Positions 9,393 to 18,104 of a stretch of DNA of 64,000 nucleotides are shown here, piece by piece. The translations under genes were made by a program, and so were the position numbers. Origin of the DNA: Gemmatimonadales bacterium (GTDB taxonomy: Bacteria; Gemmatimonadota; Gemmatimonadetes; Gemmatimonadales; GWC2-71-9). The notes beneath the pieces are model-generated. The model had not been told where the DNA came from. It made no database searches and saw only the letters and a program-made list of their open reading frames with translations. Location of the stretch: NCBI GenBank assembly GCA_035710265.1, contig DASTDR010000331.1, positions 2,750 to 66,749 of the forward strand, given 5' to 3'. Within the stretch, counting starts at the first letter, position 1. Every line of letters begins with the position of its first letter.

Positions 9393-10624
9393 TCACGACG
9401 CCTCGGCTGCTGCTGTTGCTGCCGACCACGACGTACCGCACCGCGGCATTCGTGGCAGCCGCACGGCGCATCGGCGTGGAACTGACCGTGGCGTCGGAAC
9501 GCCCGAGCACCCTCGAGGCTGCCAATCCCGCCGCTCTGCTGACGCTCGACTTTCAGAATCCGGCCCGGGCGGCGGAGGCCGTGGGCGCGTTCAGCGCGCA
9601 GCATCCGATTCAGGGCGCCGTCGGCGTGGATGACGAGACCGCGATCGTCGCCGCGGCGATCGCGGAGAGGCTCCAGCTCAAGGGGAACCCGGTGCACGCG
9701 GCCGAAGCGGCGCGCGACAAGTACGCGCAGCGCCGGCGGCTGGCTGAGGCAGGCGTGCCGATTCCGAAGTTCGCGTTGCACCAGCTGGCGGAGGACCCAC
9801 AGCGGGTCGCCCGCGCGGTGACCTACCCCTGCGTGCTGAAGCCGCTGCGGCTCTCGGCCTCGCGCGGGGTGATTCGGGCGGACGGGCCCGATGGCTTCGT
9901 CAAGGCGCACGCGCGCCTCACCGCCATCCTCTCGGCCCCGGACGCGGCCGCCTGCGGTGAGCCCGCGCGCCAGTATCTCGTAGAGGAGTTCGTACCGGGT
10001 TACGAAGTCGCGCTCGAGGGTCTGCTGGTGAATCGGCGCCTGCACGTGCTCGCGCTCTTCGACAAGCCTGACCCGCTCGATGGACCGTTCTTCGAGGAAA
10101 CGATTTACACCACGCCGTCACAGGTTCCCGCCGGCCTTCAGACCGCGATCACTCAGTGCGCCGAGCGCGCGGTGCGGGCGCTGGGCCTCACGGAGGGCCC
10201 GGTGCATGCGGAGCTGCGCTACAACGAACGAGGCCCGTGGTTGATCGAAATGGCGGCTCGGCCGATTGGCGGCCGGTGTTCTGCAGTGCTGAGATTTGGG
10301 AGTGTATCCCTTGAAGAGATTATCCTGCGGCATGCGCTGGGAATGTCCCTGCCATCGCTCGAGCGCGAGCGGCACGCTGCAGGCGTCATGATGATTCCGA
10401 TCCCCGCTGCGGGCGCGCTGCAGGAAGTTCGCGGTGTCGCGGCGGCGAAAGCAGTGCCGCTGATCGAGGACGTGCAGATCACCGCGCATCCGGGCGAACG
10501 GCTGGTGCCGTTCCCCGAAGGCTCGCGGTATCCCGGATTCATATTTGCGCGGGGAGATTCACCGGCGGCAGTCGAGTCGGCGCTGCGCGCCGCGCATCGC
10601 TGCCTCGAATTCGTCCTGGGCTAA
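9389..10624 (+). CDS. ATP-grasp domain protein (start codon uncertain)
   Basis: The protein is ATP-grasp-like (..PCVLKPLRLSASRGV.., ..YLVEEFVPGYEVALEGL.., ..GPVHAELRY..). The track start at 9245 would overlap nfu by 148 nt. The conserved N-terminal strand PRLLLLLPTTTY begins right at the nfu stop. Only ATA (9389), CTG (9407-9415) or TTG (9416) are available as starts. Confidence 0.75.
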   Translation: MVTTPRLLLLLPTTTYRTAAFVAAARRIGVELTVASERPSTLEAANPAALLTLDFQNPARAAEAVGAFSAQHPIQGAVGVDDETAIVAAAIAERLQLKGNPVHAAEAARDKYAQRRRLAEAGVPIPKFALHQLAEDPQRVARAVTYPCVLKPLRLSASRGVIRADGPDGFVKAHARLTAILSAPDAAACGEPARQYLVEEFVPGYEVALEGLLVNRRLHVLALFDKPDPLDGPFFEETIYTTPSQVPAGLQTAITQCAERAVRALGLTEGPVHAELRYNERGPWLIEMAARPIGGRCSAVLRFGSVSLEEIILRHALGMSLPSLERERHAAGVMMIPIPAAGALQEVRGVAAAKAVPLIEDVQITAHPGERLVPFPEGSRYPGFIFARGDSPAAVESALRAAHRCLEFVLG

Positions 10625-11448
10625 ACCGCTTCGGCCACGACCTCGAGCCAGTGGCGCGGCACGCGGTCCATCTTGAGCTCTTCCATCGTGCGCTTCAATC
10701 CGATCTGCAGCGCCTCCGAGCCCTCCTCCAGCGGCACCCCAGGCAACGCGCCCTCGATGAACAACGAGAACCGTCCGATGTCGGCGAGACTTTCGGCGGT
10801 CATCTCGATGCGGAGCAGCTCGACGGTGGTCGGGCGAAAGCCCGCCTCCTCGAGCGCAGCCTTGTACTCATCGGCTGACAGCCACTCCATCGCGGCGCTG
10901 TGCCCGTTGTGCTTGACTTCGATTCCCTTTTCTCGCAGGACCTGAACCGAACGCACGATCCAGCGCCGCCAGAAGCCGCTCGTGCCTTCGACGTAGGCGC
11001 CGTTGAAGAACGTGCTGTTGAACGCGAGCAGGCCCCCCGGCTTCAAGACGCGCCGGATCTCCTTCAGCACCTGCTTCTTGTCGGGCATCAGGTGAATGGC
11101 GTTGAGGAAGACGACCGTGTCCGCCGACTTCACGAGCTTGGACAGCCACTCGGCGCTGCCCTGCTTGAACTCCGCCCATTTCGAAGAAATCGCCGCCTGT
11201 GCCTTCGCAAGCGCGGACGGCGAGGGATCCACTCCGATGACACGCGGTGGCGGCTGCTGATCACGCACGCGCTCGATAATCAGCTCCGTCACGGCGCCGG
11301 GGCCGCAGCCCAGGTCGACGATGACCTGGCGGCCCGGGCTGATCACCCGCTCGAGGATCCAGCGGTTGACGTGCTGGAAGAACGGGTGACGCGTGAACGG
11401 CGTGAACGAAAACCGGTCGTCGTCTGCTGACGGAGTGATTGCGGTCAC
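10621..11448 (-). CDS. class I SAM-dependent methyltransferase
   Basis: 275 aa with motif I VIVDLGCGPG and a post-I acidic residue. It overlaps the downstream gene by 4 nt. Confidence 0.85.
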   Translation of the reverse strand: MTAITPSADDDRFSFTPFTRHPFFQHVNRWILERVISPGRQVIVDLGCGPGAVTELIIERVRDQQPPPRVIGVDPSPSALAKAQAAISSKWAEFKQGSAEWLSKLVKSADTVVFLNAIHLMPDKKQVLKEIRRVLKPGGLLAFNSTFFNGAYVEGTSGFWRRWIVRSVQVLREKGIEVKHNGHSAAMEWLSADEYKAALEEAGFRPTTVELLRIEMTAESLADIGRFSLFIEGALPGVPLEEGSEALQIGLKRTMEELKMDRVPRHWLEVVAEAV

Positions 11449-12122
11449 ATCTTATGGATTCCTAGCGGACCCAGATGGACGTCGAGGTTGTGGTTGACCC
11501 GGTACCCGACGACGCCATTCACGTCCAGATCAGCGGCGTTGCCGGAGTAGACCTCTTTCCCGTTCACCATGAAGCGGACCTTGCCGCCGCGGGACTCGAT
11601 GCTCAGCTCGTTCGACGCCTCACCGCTCGCACCCTTCACGACGGCATCGCTCGCCGTCCACTCGACCACGGCGGTCGGGCGCGTCGTATAACTCGCGCGA
11701 CGCCGGATGCTGTACATGCCGTCGGTCGGGCGGACGAGGAAGTACGTGTAGGTCTGCGCCGAGTCAGCGAGATTCTTGCCGCCGATGAAAATGCCGAAGG
11801 CTTCAGGATGGGCAGGGGCCTTCATCTGGATCATCTTGGCGACGACGTGGTAATTGCCCGACACCGTGTCCTGATCACGCCAGTAGATCGCGGCTGGCCC
11901 GACGGTCGTGTGAAGTCCACCCGCGCCCATGGTCGTGAATTTGATGTTGGCGAGCGGCGCGGGCTGGCCGGTCTGCCGGTTGGGCTCGGTACGCACGTTC
12001 CAACCGGGGGGGAAGGTCCCGCCACCGGCAACGGTGCGGTCAGGGTCGTTTCCCTGTGCGGCGAGAGCTGTTGCGGACAACGCGATCGCGCAGACGGCAG
12101 ACACGAGACGCATAGATGTCAT
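11445..12122 (-). CDS. secreted beta-rich protein of unknown function
   Basis: 225 aa with the signal peptide MTSMRLVSAVCAIALSATALAAQ. The sequence looks like a jelly-roll or lectin fold. No family was securely recognised. Confidence 0.7.
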   Translation of the reverse strand: MTSMRLVSAVCAIALSATALAAQGNDPDRTVAGGGTFPPGWNVRTEPNRQTGQPAPLANIKFTTMGAGGLHTTVGPAAIYWRDQDTVSGNYHVVAKMIQMKAPAHPEAFGIFIGGKNLADSAQTYTYFLVRPTDGMYSIRRRASYTTRPTAVVEWTASDAVVKGASGEASNELSIESRGGKVRFMVNGKEVYSGNAADLDVNGVVGYRVNHNLDVHLGPLGIHKM

Positions 12123-12178
12123 TAATACCCCCTAGTTCCGATTTTGGCGGCGTAAGTGACGGCGCAGAACCGTTATAG

Positions 12179-12673
12179 TCAAGAGCGACGGTCGGCGAGG
12201 TCGTGGACGGTGTCCAAGTCCACAATTTTGAGCTTGCGTTTGCCCATCGGCAGGCTGATGTCCACCTTCTGCCCGACCTTCCCTCCCAGCAACGCCTTCC
12301 CGAGGGGGGAGGCCATGGAGACCGGCATTTCTGCGCCGTCGTCGCCTCCCTCGATGAACTCGCCGAGCGTCAGCGCGTACACCTCTTTTTTCCTGGTGTC
12401 GAGGTCCTCCACCGTCACCCGGGAGCCGAATCCGACGCGGTCGCGCGGGATGTCCTGCTCCCGCACGTCCGACAGCTTCGACAACCGCAGGCGTAGATGA
12501 TGTACCCGCGCCTGAGCGAATTGCTGCCGCTCCAGCGCCGCCTTGTACTCGGAGTTCTCGCGCAGGTCGCCGTGCGCGCGCGCCTTCTCGATCTCCTTGG
12601 GCAATACAAAGGAGATCTCGTGGTTCAGTCGTTCGACCTCGGCTTGGAGCTTTTGCTTGAGTGCGTCGATCAC
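12179..12673 (-). CDS. greA: transcription elongation factor GreA
   Basis: 164 aa. It has the N-terminal coiled coil ..ARAHGDLRENSEYKAALERQ.. and a C-terminal FKBP-like domain ..SPLGKALLGGKVG... Confidence 0.93.
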   Translation of the reverse strand: MIDALKQKLQAEVERLNHEISFVLPKEIEKARAHGDLRENSEYKAALERQQFAQARVHHLRLRLSKLSDVREQDIPRDRVGFGSRVTVEDLDTRKKEVYALTLGEFIEGGDDGAEMPVSMASPLGKALLGGKVGQKVDISLPMGKRKLKIVDLDTVHDLADRRS

Positions 12674-12773
12674 GCAGGAAACTTACGGTGGGGGACGAGG
12701 GTGGCGCTACGCATTATGACCTGTTGGGCGCGCACGCTTGCCCCCTCGAAGCGGTGCGCCATCTTCCCCTGAC

Positions 12774-13553
12774 ATGCGGACCTACCATGACCTGAAAGAC
12801 CCTGACCGCTCTGGTCTTCCCCAGCAGATCGCGGCGCAGCGGCAGCGGGTAAGCGATCGGTTGGCCGGCGTCCGGGAGATCGTGGCCGTCATGAGCGGGA
12901 AGGGCGGGGTGGGCAAGAGCTACGTGACGGCCCATCTGGCCCGGGCGCTGGCGCGGGGTGGGCAGGCGACGGGGGTGCTCGATGCCGACCTGAACGGGCC
13001 CACCATTCCCCGGATGCTCGACGTGCCCACCGCGGTGCGGGTCTCCGCCGGTCAGTGGGTCGAGCCCGTGCTCGGGGCCGATGGCGTTCGCTGCATCTCG
13101 ATGGCGCTGGTTCTGGAGAACGGCGCCCCGCTGTCGTTTCGGGGTCCGGTGGCCGAGTCCTTCGTGTGGCGCGGAGCGATGGAAGCCGCGGCGCTGCGGG
13201 AGTTTCTCGGGGACGTCGCCTGGGGGCCGCTCGACATCCTGCTGCTCGATCTCCCGCCCGGCGTGCAGCGCTACGTGGAGCTGTGCGACATCCTCGGCGC
13301 CGCGCCGCCGGTGCTTACGGTGACGATTCCGACGCCCGAGTCGCGCGACGCCGTGCGGCGCGCGATGCGTGCCGCGGTGGAACGGGGATCTCAGCTGCTC
13401 GGCATCGTCGACAACATGGTGGATGGCCACTACCAGGGAACCGCCGCGAACGATCTGGCGGCAGAGTTCGCGACGCAGGTGCTCGCGCGCGTGCCGTGGA
13501 ACCCCTCGCCCGAGGTCTGGGACGCGTTGGGAAAGCGCATGGCGCACTCATGA
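12774..13553 (+). CDS. mrp: Mrp/NBP35/ApbC-family Fe-S cluster carrier ATPase
   Basis: Deviant Walker A motif VMSGKGGVGKS. The ATG at 12774 is preferred over the track start at 12738. Its stop overlaps the next start (ATGA at 13550-13553). Confidence 0.88.
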   Translation: MRTYHDLKDPDRSGLPQQIAAQRQRVSDRLAGVREIVAVMSGKGGVGKSYVTAHLARALARGGQATGVLDADLNGPTIPRMLDVPTAVRVSAGQWVEPVLGADGVRCISMALVLENGAPLSFRGPVAESFVWRGAMEAAALREFLGDVAWGPLDILLLDLPPGVQRYVELCDILGAAPPVLTVTIPTPESRDAVRRAMRAAVERGSQLLGIVDNMVDGHYQGTAANDLAAEFATQVLARVPWNPSPEVWDALGKRMAHS

Positions 13554-13975
13554 AGTTCCTGTGCGTTGAATGCGACCAACAGATGGCATTCGGGGAGCGC
13601 CAGCTTCCCGGCGACGGCACGCTCGCCGCGACGTTCAAGTGTCCCAAGTGCGGGCGCGTGGTCGCGATGCTGACGAATCCGATGGAGACGCAGCTCGTGT
13701 CCTCACTCGGCGTGGAAATCGGCGGCCGCACCGTGCCGGCCGAGCCGTTTGAGATGATCAACTCGATGGTGACGACGGGCGGGCGGGCCGACGGGCTGAC
13801 GGGCGGCCCATCCTGGTCCGCGGAAGCGCAGGAGCGTCTGACGCGCGTCCCAAGCTTCGTGCGCGGCATGGTGAAGAAGATCTATGCGGACTACGCGAAG
13901 GAACGCGGCATCACCGAAATCACGCCCGCCGTCATGGACACGGCGCGTTCGGAGTTGGGGTTGGAGGGAATGTGA
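13550..13975 (+). CDS. zinc-ribbon protein with a C-terminal PCP_red-like (ChlB/BchB C-terminal-like) domain
   Basis: 141 aa. The zinc ribbon is CVEC...CPKC. The C-terminal segment SWSAEAQERLTRVPSFVRGMVKKIYADYAKERGITEITPAVMDTARSE matches the W..eAe..L..iPfFVRg.v....E.fA.e.G...It signature of the protochlorophyllide reductase B-subunit C-terminal domain. It is coupled on both sides by ATGA and GTGA overlaps. Confidence 0.8.
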   Translation: MKFLCVECDQQMAFGERQLPGDGTLAATFKCPKCGRVVAMLTNPMETQLVSSLGVEIGGRTVPAEPFEMINSMVTTGGRADGLTGGPSWSAEAQERLTRVPSFVRGMVKKIYADYAKERGITEITPAVMDTARSELGLEGM

Positions 13976-16900
13976 AGCTGTTGCTGATGCTGCTTCTGGT
14001 TGCGCAGGGCAAGCCGGCGCCACCACGACGTACCGCGCTGAACCTGTTCGCGCACCCGGGTGCGGTCCTCGAAGCGAATCGGGTCATTTGCGGTCTCGAC
14101 AACGTGGGCCAGTTATGCGCCTCGTTCGCGTCCTCGCCGATCGGCGGCGGCGCGTTCTGGCCCAAGGGCACGCCGGACCAATACATCTTCAACTCGGGCC
14201 TTCAGATGGCCGCCCTGATTCCGGCCGGTGCAGGCTTCGCGTGGGCGGGCGATACGATCGGCGCGTTCTTCTTCGATCCGCGCGGTGATCAGAGCCACGG
14301 CTCCCCCCGCTCGGACGTGTTCAATTCACGAGACAGCGCCGATGCAGTCAATTGGCCCAATGGCGCCGTGATCCGCGACGCGACGACATTCGACGCGCGA
14401 CTGATCGGGCGAAATTTCGCGTCCGAACAGGACCTGTGGATGCGCTACTGGGAAGGATCTCCGCACTTGATCGGCGGTCGCCCGCACCCGATGGGCGTGC
14501 TGGTCGATCAACGTCTGCTCGCGTGGAATTATCCGACCGGTAACCAGGACGTCTTCTACGTGGTCGCTACGTTGTACAACGTGACTGCTCGCACTGCCGG
14601 AGTGTATGCGAATCCTACCATCCCTCCAGAGCTCCAATCCGAGGTCGCTGCCGCGGGGCGCGAATTCCAGGACAGCGCCGAGCAGGCATTCGCGCTAAGC
14701 ATCCCCGATGGCGGCTACGCGCTCGACAGCATGTACGTGCAGCTCGGCATGGATCACGACATCGCCGTTTTTAACCACAACTACGGAACGGCGAGTGTGC
14801 CGTTTGGGATCGGAATCGGGTATACCGGCACGTTTCTCCCCGAGGTGGGCTGGGTCCTCCCGCCGGACCCCTTCGGCGCGCCCCCGTTTGCCGCGGCCCC
14901 CGGATTAGTCGGCACCACGTTCCTGAGGAGCCCGGCGCCGTTCGCGATGTTCACGAACACGACCGGCGGTGGGTCGTTTCCGGACCCGGTCGGCGTCGCG
15001 CTGTTGTGGCGACGGATGTCGGGGAATCTGCTTCCCACAGACACGCAGTGTACGTTTGCCGATCCCGCCGTCGCGCGCGCCCGCCACGTGTGCTTCCTCG
15101 TACAGGTGCAGATCGACAGCCGCTACCAGATGTCCACCGGGCCGTTCAGTCTCGCGCCAGGTGAGGCCAAGACGCTCGTGATGGCCTACATCTTCGCGCC
15201 GCCGCTCGACACCGCCACTGCCTATGTGGGCGGCGATCTGAAGCCGGAGATCCCGTTCACGGGAGACTCGATCGCGCTCGACACCACGAAGATTCGCGCG
15301 ATCGAGCGCGTGGCAGGGTGGCGCACCCAGAGCGACCTCTCCGGCAACGGGGCGATCGAAGCGAACGAGGTCATCGCCGCTCGGCGATCGCTGCTGCACA
15401 AGGCGCAGGTCGCTCAGGCGATCGTGGACGCGAAGTTCCTGATGCCGCAGCCGCCCGATACGCCGGAATTCTTCCTGATCCCCGGCGACAACCAGGTCAC
15501 GATCGTGTGGCAACCGAGCGCCTCAGAAGCAAGTGGCGATCCGTACTTCGCGCTCGCGTCCGACCGCAGCTCGGCGCTGTATGATCCCAACTACCGGCAG
15601 TTCGACGTGGAGGGGTACCGGATCTATCGCGGCACCGATCCGCGTTCGCTCACACTGCTCGCGCAGTTCGATCACGACAACACGTCGTTCGTCGACTACA
15701 CCGGCGCGGTGGCTTATCCCGGCCAGTGCGCGCCCGAGCTGGGGGTCGTCGCCGACTGTCCGGCTGCATTCCCGCCCACGCCCGACACCACGGTCTCGGT
15801 AAGCCAACCGGTGTTTCGCCGCATCGTTCAAGTCCCAGAGGGCGGCCGGATCGTCTCGAGTAACGGTCTCGTCACCACGGTCACCGCCGACACGTTTCCC
15901 GGACACGGATTCGAGCCGCCGTTCGAAACCGGCGTACCCTTCGCGTTCACCGATTCCACTGCGGTGAATTCGTTTCGCTACTACTACGCGGTGACGGTGT
16001 ACGACTTCAACTCGATCAGATCGGGACCGTCGTCGTTCGAGTCACCGCGGTTCACCAAGCTCATCACGCCACGTGCGTCGTCGGGGCAGGAAACCGCGGG
16101 AATGGTGCAAGCCATGCGCTTGTTGGGAGGCGACGGTTCGACGCTTGACTCGGCCATGTCGCTCCCGGCCATCGACCCGGCCACGGGGGTCTTTTCCGGT
16201 CCGATGCCGCCCACCGACGGCCTGGCCCTCGAGTTCACCACCTTCATCCCCGAGCTCCTGGCGAGCGGGAACATCACGGTCACGATCGATTCGATCGCCA
16301 CCGGAATGGCGGTGCTCGACGTGCTGCCCGGCGCCGAGCGTCCGGCCCTGTATTTTCTCACCTCGGTGAGCGCCGGCCTGACCTCGCATCTTACGCTGCC
16401 GCTGCAGATGCGCTCGCCATTCTCCGGCTTTGACGAAGCCACTGCACAGCTGCGGTTCGGGGCGGCGCTGGTTGACTCTGCACAGGCCGCACGTTTCGGT
16501 GCTGCACCCGTAACCCAGCTCGCCGCTCAGGTCACGCTGCGAACACCCAATGCGCTCCGGCTCACCAACTGGGGCCGGGGGGACGCAAACGCAATCCCGC
16601 CGAATTCGGCATTCAACGGGCCGAGGTGGTGGGTGGGCGCCGGCAACGAGAACACCGCGAATCCGAACGGCGGCGTGTGCGCCCCGTCTACCGGCTTCTG
16701 TGCGAACACGTCGCGCGTCCCGAACATCGCGCGCAGTGCGGGGGCGATCTCCGGCGTCACGATCTTCCACGTGCAGTCGTACAACACGATTCCCAATACG
16801 CCGGGGCGCATCGTCGAAGCGGCTCTGGCCACGGTGACGCGCGCGGCCGATTTCAAGGTGTTCTGGGGCACGGCCGGGGTCGTCGACTCGGTCATCGACC

Positions 16901-17742
16901 TGACGCACCGGGTCCGGGTGCCATTCAGTACCCAGGCAGATCCGTCATGGGGCATTCTCACCGAAGCATCGTTCGCGGGAGTCACCGAGGCGCTGACCGG
17001 TGACACGAAAAACACCTTGCTCACCTGGTCGGATCTCTTCTGCGTCGAGCCTCTGCCGGTCTACACGCAGCAATGCGGCGGAGCGGCACAGACGCCGGCC
17101 GCCCTACAGAACACGGCCACGCTCGGCGCGATCGCGATCCGGGACACGGCCTCGAGCTATGCCGGCACGGCCGCGGCCGGCTACACGGCAACCGGCAATG
17201 GCTTCATCTTCTACCTGAACGGCCACTTCTTCCTGATGCAGATGACATCGCTCCCCGCCGCGGGAACGGTCTGGAATGCCCGCTTCTATGCCGGCACCGT
17301 GACCGGCTCGGCGGCGCAGGGGAACTTCGCGTTCGTCCCGGCGGTACGGCCACCGAATGTGCCGGGCCTGCGCGCCCAGATCAGCTTCCAAGGGTCGGAG
17401 CTGAATGCGGTGGCCACGACCGATTCCATGCTCGACAAGATCCACACCGTGCCCGATCCCTTCTATTTGATGAGCGGATTCGAGGTGTCGCCCGACACGC
17501 TGCAGCTCAAGTTCGTGCATCTGCCCGCCATGGCGATCGTGCGCATCTATTCGCTGTACGGCATCCTCGTCAACGTGCTCACCAACAACGATCCCACCGG
17601 CGGCGGGGAGCTCACCTGGGACTTGAAGAGCCGCTCCGGCAAACAGGTCGCCTCGGGCGTGTACTTCTACCACGTCGAAACGATGGATCACAAACGCCGC
17701 GTTGGGCGGTTCACCATCGTGTCGGGCAAGCGCAATCAGTGA
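13972..17742 (+). CDS. very large secreted or cell-surface protein of unknown function with an FN3-like segment and a FlgD-Ig/T9SS-type C-terminal domain
   Basis: 1256 aa with a GTG start and a short signal peptide (KLLLMLLLVAQG). There is an FN3-like stretch (NQVTIVWQPS...EGYRIYRG...YYYAVTVYD). The C-terminal ~90 aa (..VRIYSLYGILVNVL...GELTWDLKSRSGKQVASGVYFYHVE..) are typical of FlgD-Ig or type-IX sorting tails. Confidence 0.85.
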   Translation: MKLLLMLLLVAQGKPAPPRRTALNLFAHPGAVLEANRVICGLDNVGQLCASFASSPIGGGAFWPKGTPDQYIFNSGLQMAALIPAGAGFAWAGDTIGAFFFDPRGDQSHGSPRSDVFNSRDSADAVNWPNGAVIRDATTFDARLIGRNFASEQDLWMRYWEGSPHLIGGRPHPMGVLVDQRLLAWNYPTGNQDVFYVVATLYNVTARTAGVYANPTIPPELQSEVAAAGREFQDSAEQAFALSIPDGGYALDSMYVQLGMDHDIAVFNHNYGTASVPFGIGIGYTGTFLPEVGWVLPPDPFGAPPFAAAPGLVGTTFLRSPAPFAMFTNTTGGGSFPDPVGVALLWRRMSGNLLPTDTQCTFADPAVARARHVCFLVQVQIDSRYQMSTGPFSLAPGEAKTLVMAYIFAPPLDTATAYVGGDLKPEIPFTGDSIALDTTKIRAIERVAGWRTQSDLSGNGAIEANEVIAARRSLLHKAQVAQAIVDAKFLMPQPPDTPEFFLIPGDNQVTIVWQPSASEASGDPYFALASDRSSALYDPNYRQFDVEGYRIYRGTDPRSLTLLAQFDHDNTSFVDYTGAVAYPGQCAPELGVVADCPAAFPPTPDTTVSVSQPVFRRIVQVPEGGRIVSSNGLVTTVTADTFPGHGFEPPFETGVPFAFTDSTAVNSFRYYYAVTVYDFNSIRSGPSSFESPRFTKLITPRASSGQETAGMVQAMRLLGGDGSTLDSAMSLPAIDPATGVFSGPMPPTDGLALEFTTFIPELLASGNITVTIDSIATGMAVLDVLPGAERPALYFLTSVSAGLTSHLTLPLQMRSPFSGFDEATAQLRFGAALVDSAQAARFGAAPVTQLAAQVTLRTPNALRLTNWGRGDANAIPPNSAFNGPRWWVGAGNENTANPNGGVCAPSTGFCANTSRVPNIARSAGAISGVTIFHVQSYNTIPNTPGRIVEAALATVTRAADFKVFWGTAGVVDSVIDLTHRVRVPFSTQADPSWGILTEASFAGVTEALTGDTKNTLLTWSDLFCVEPLPVYTQQCGGAAQTPAALQNTATLGAIAIRDTASSYAGTAAAGYTATGNGFIFYLNGHFFLMQMTSLPAAGTVWNARFYAGTVTGSAAQGNFAFVPAVRPPNVPGLRAQISFQGSELNAVATTDSMLDKIHTVPDPFYLMSGFEVSPDTLQLKFVHLPAMAIVRIYSLYGILVNVLTNNDPTGGGELTWDLKSRSGKQVASGVYFYHVETMDHKRRVGRFTIVSGKRNQ

Positions 17743-17990
17743 GCGACTTCGAAGAGCGCCACGTCGGCGATCTCCGGGTCCGGATCGATCGGACCCTGTG
17801 CGTCGGATTCGGCGACTGCATCACGGAAGCGGGCGAGGCGTTCGTCCTGGACGACGACGGCGTGGCGGTGTTCGTGCGGCCCGAGGCGGTCGAGCGCGAA
17901 CGATTGTTGCGCGCGTGCGACGCCTGCCCGGTGGATGCGATTACGGTTTGGAACGAAGCCGGGAGCCAAATCGTCCCGTCGACCTTGTGA
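17739..17990 (+). CDS. small single-cluster ferredoxin (CVGxGxC...CP type)
   Basis: 83 aa with a GTG start that overlaps the upstream stop (GTGA, 17739-17742). The motif is RTLCVGFGDCITEAGEAF...ACDACPVDAI. Confidence 0.8.
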   Translation: MSDFEERHVGDLRVRIDRTLCVGFGDCITEAGEAFVLDDDGVAVFVRPEAVERERLLRACDACPVDAITVWNEAGSQIVPSTL

Positions 17991-18104
17991 ACAAGTTCCT
18001 TGACAGCCCCTGACCTCGCCTGCATATCCCTTTACTCGTACGGCATCCACACCGACATCCAGCGTTTTTGACCCGCTCGAGCGGCGTCACTCGGGGAGGT
18101 AGCG

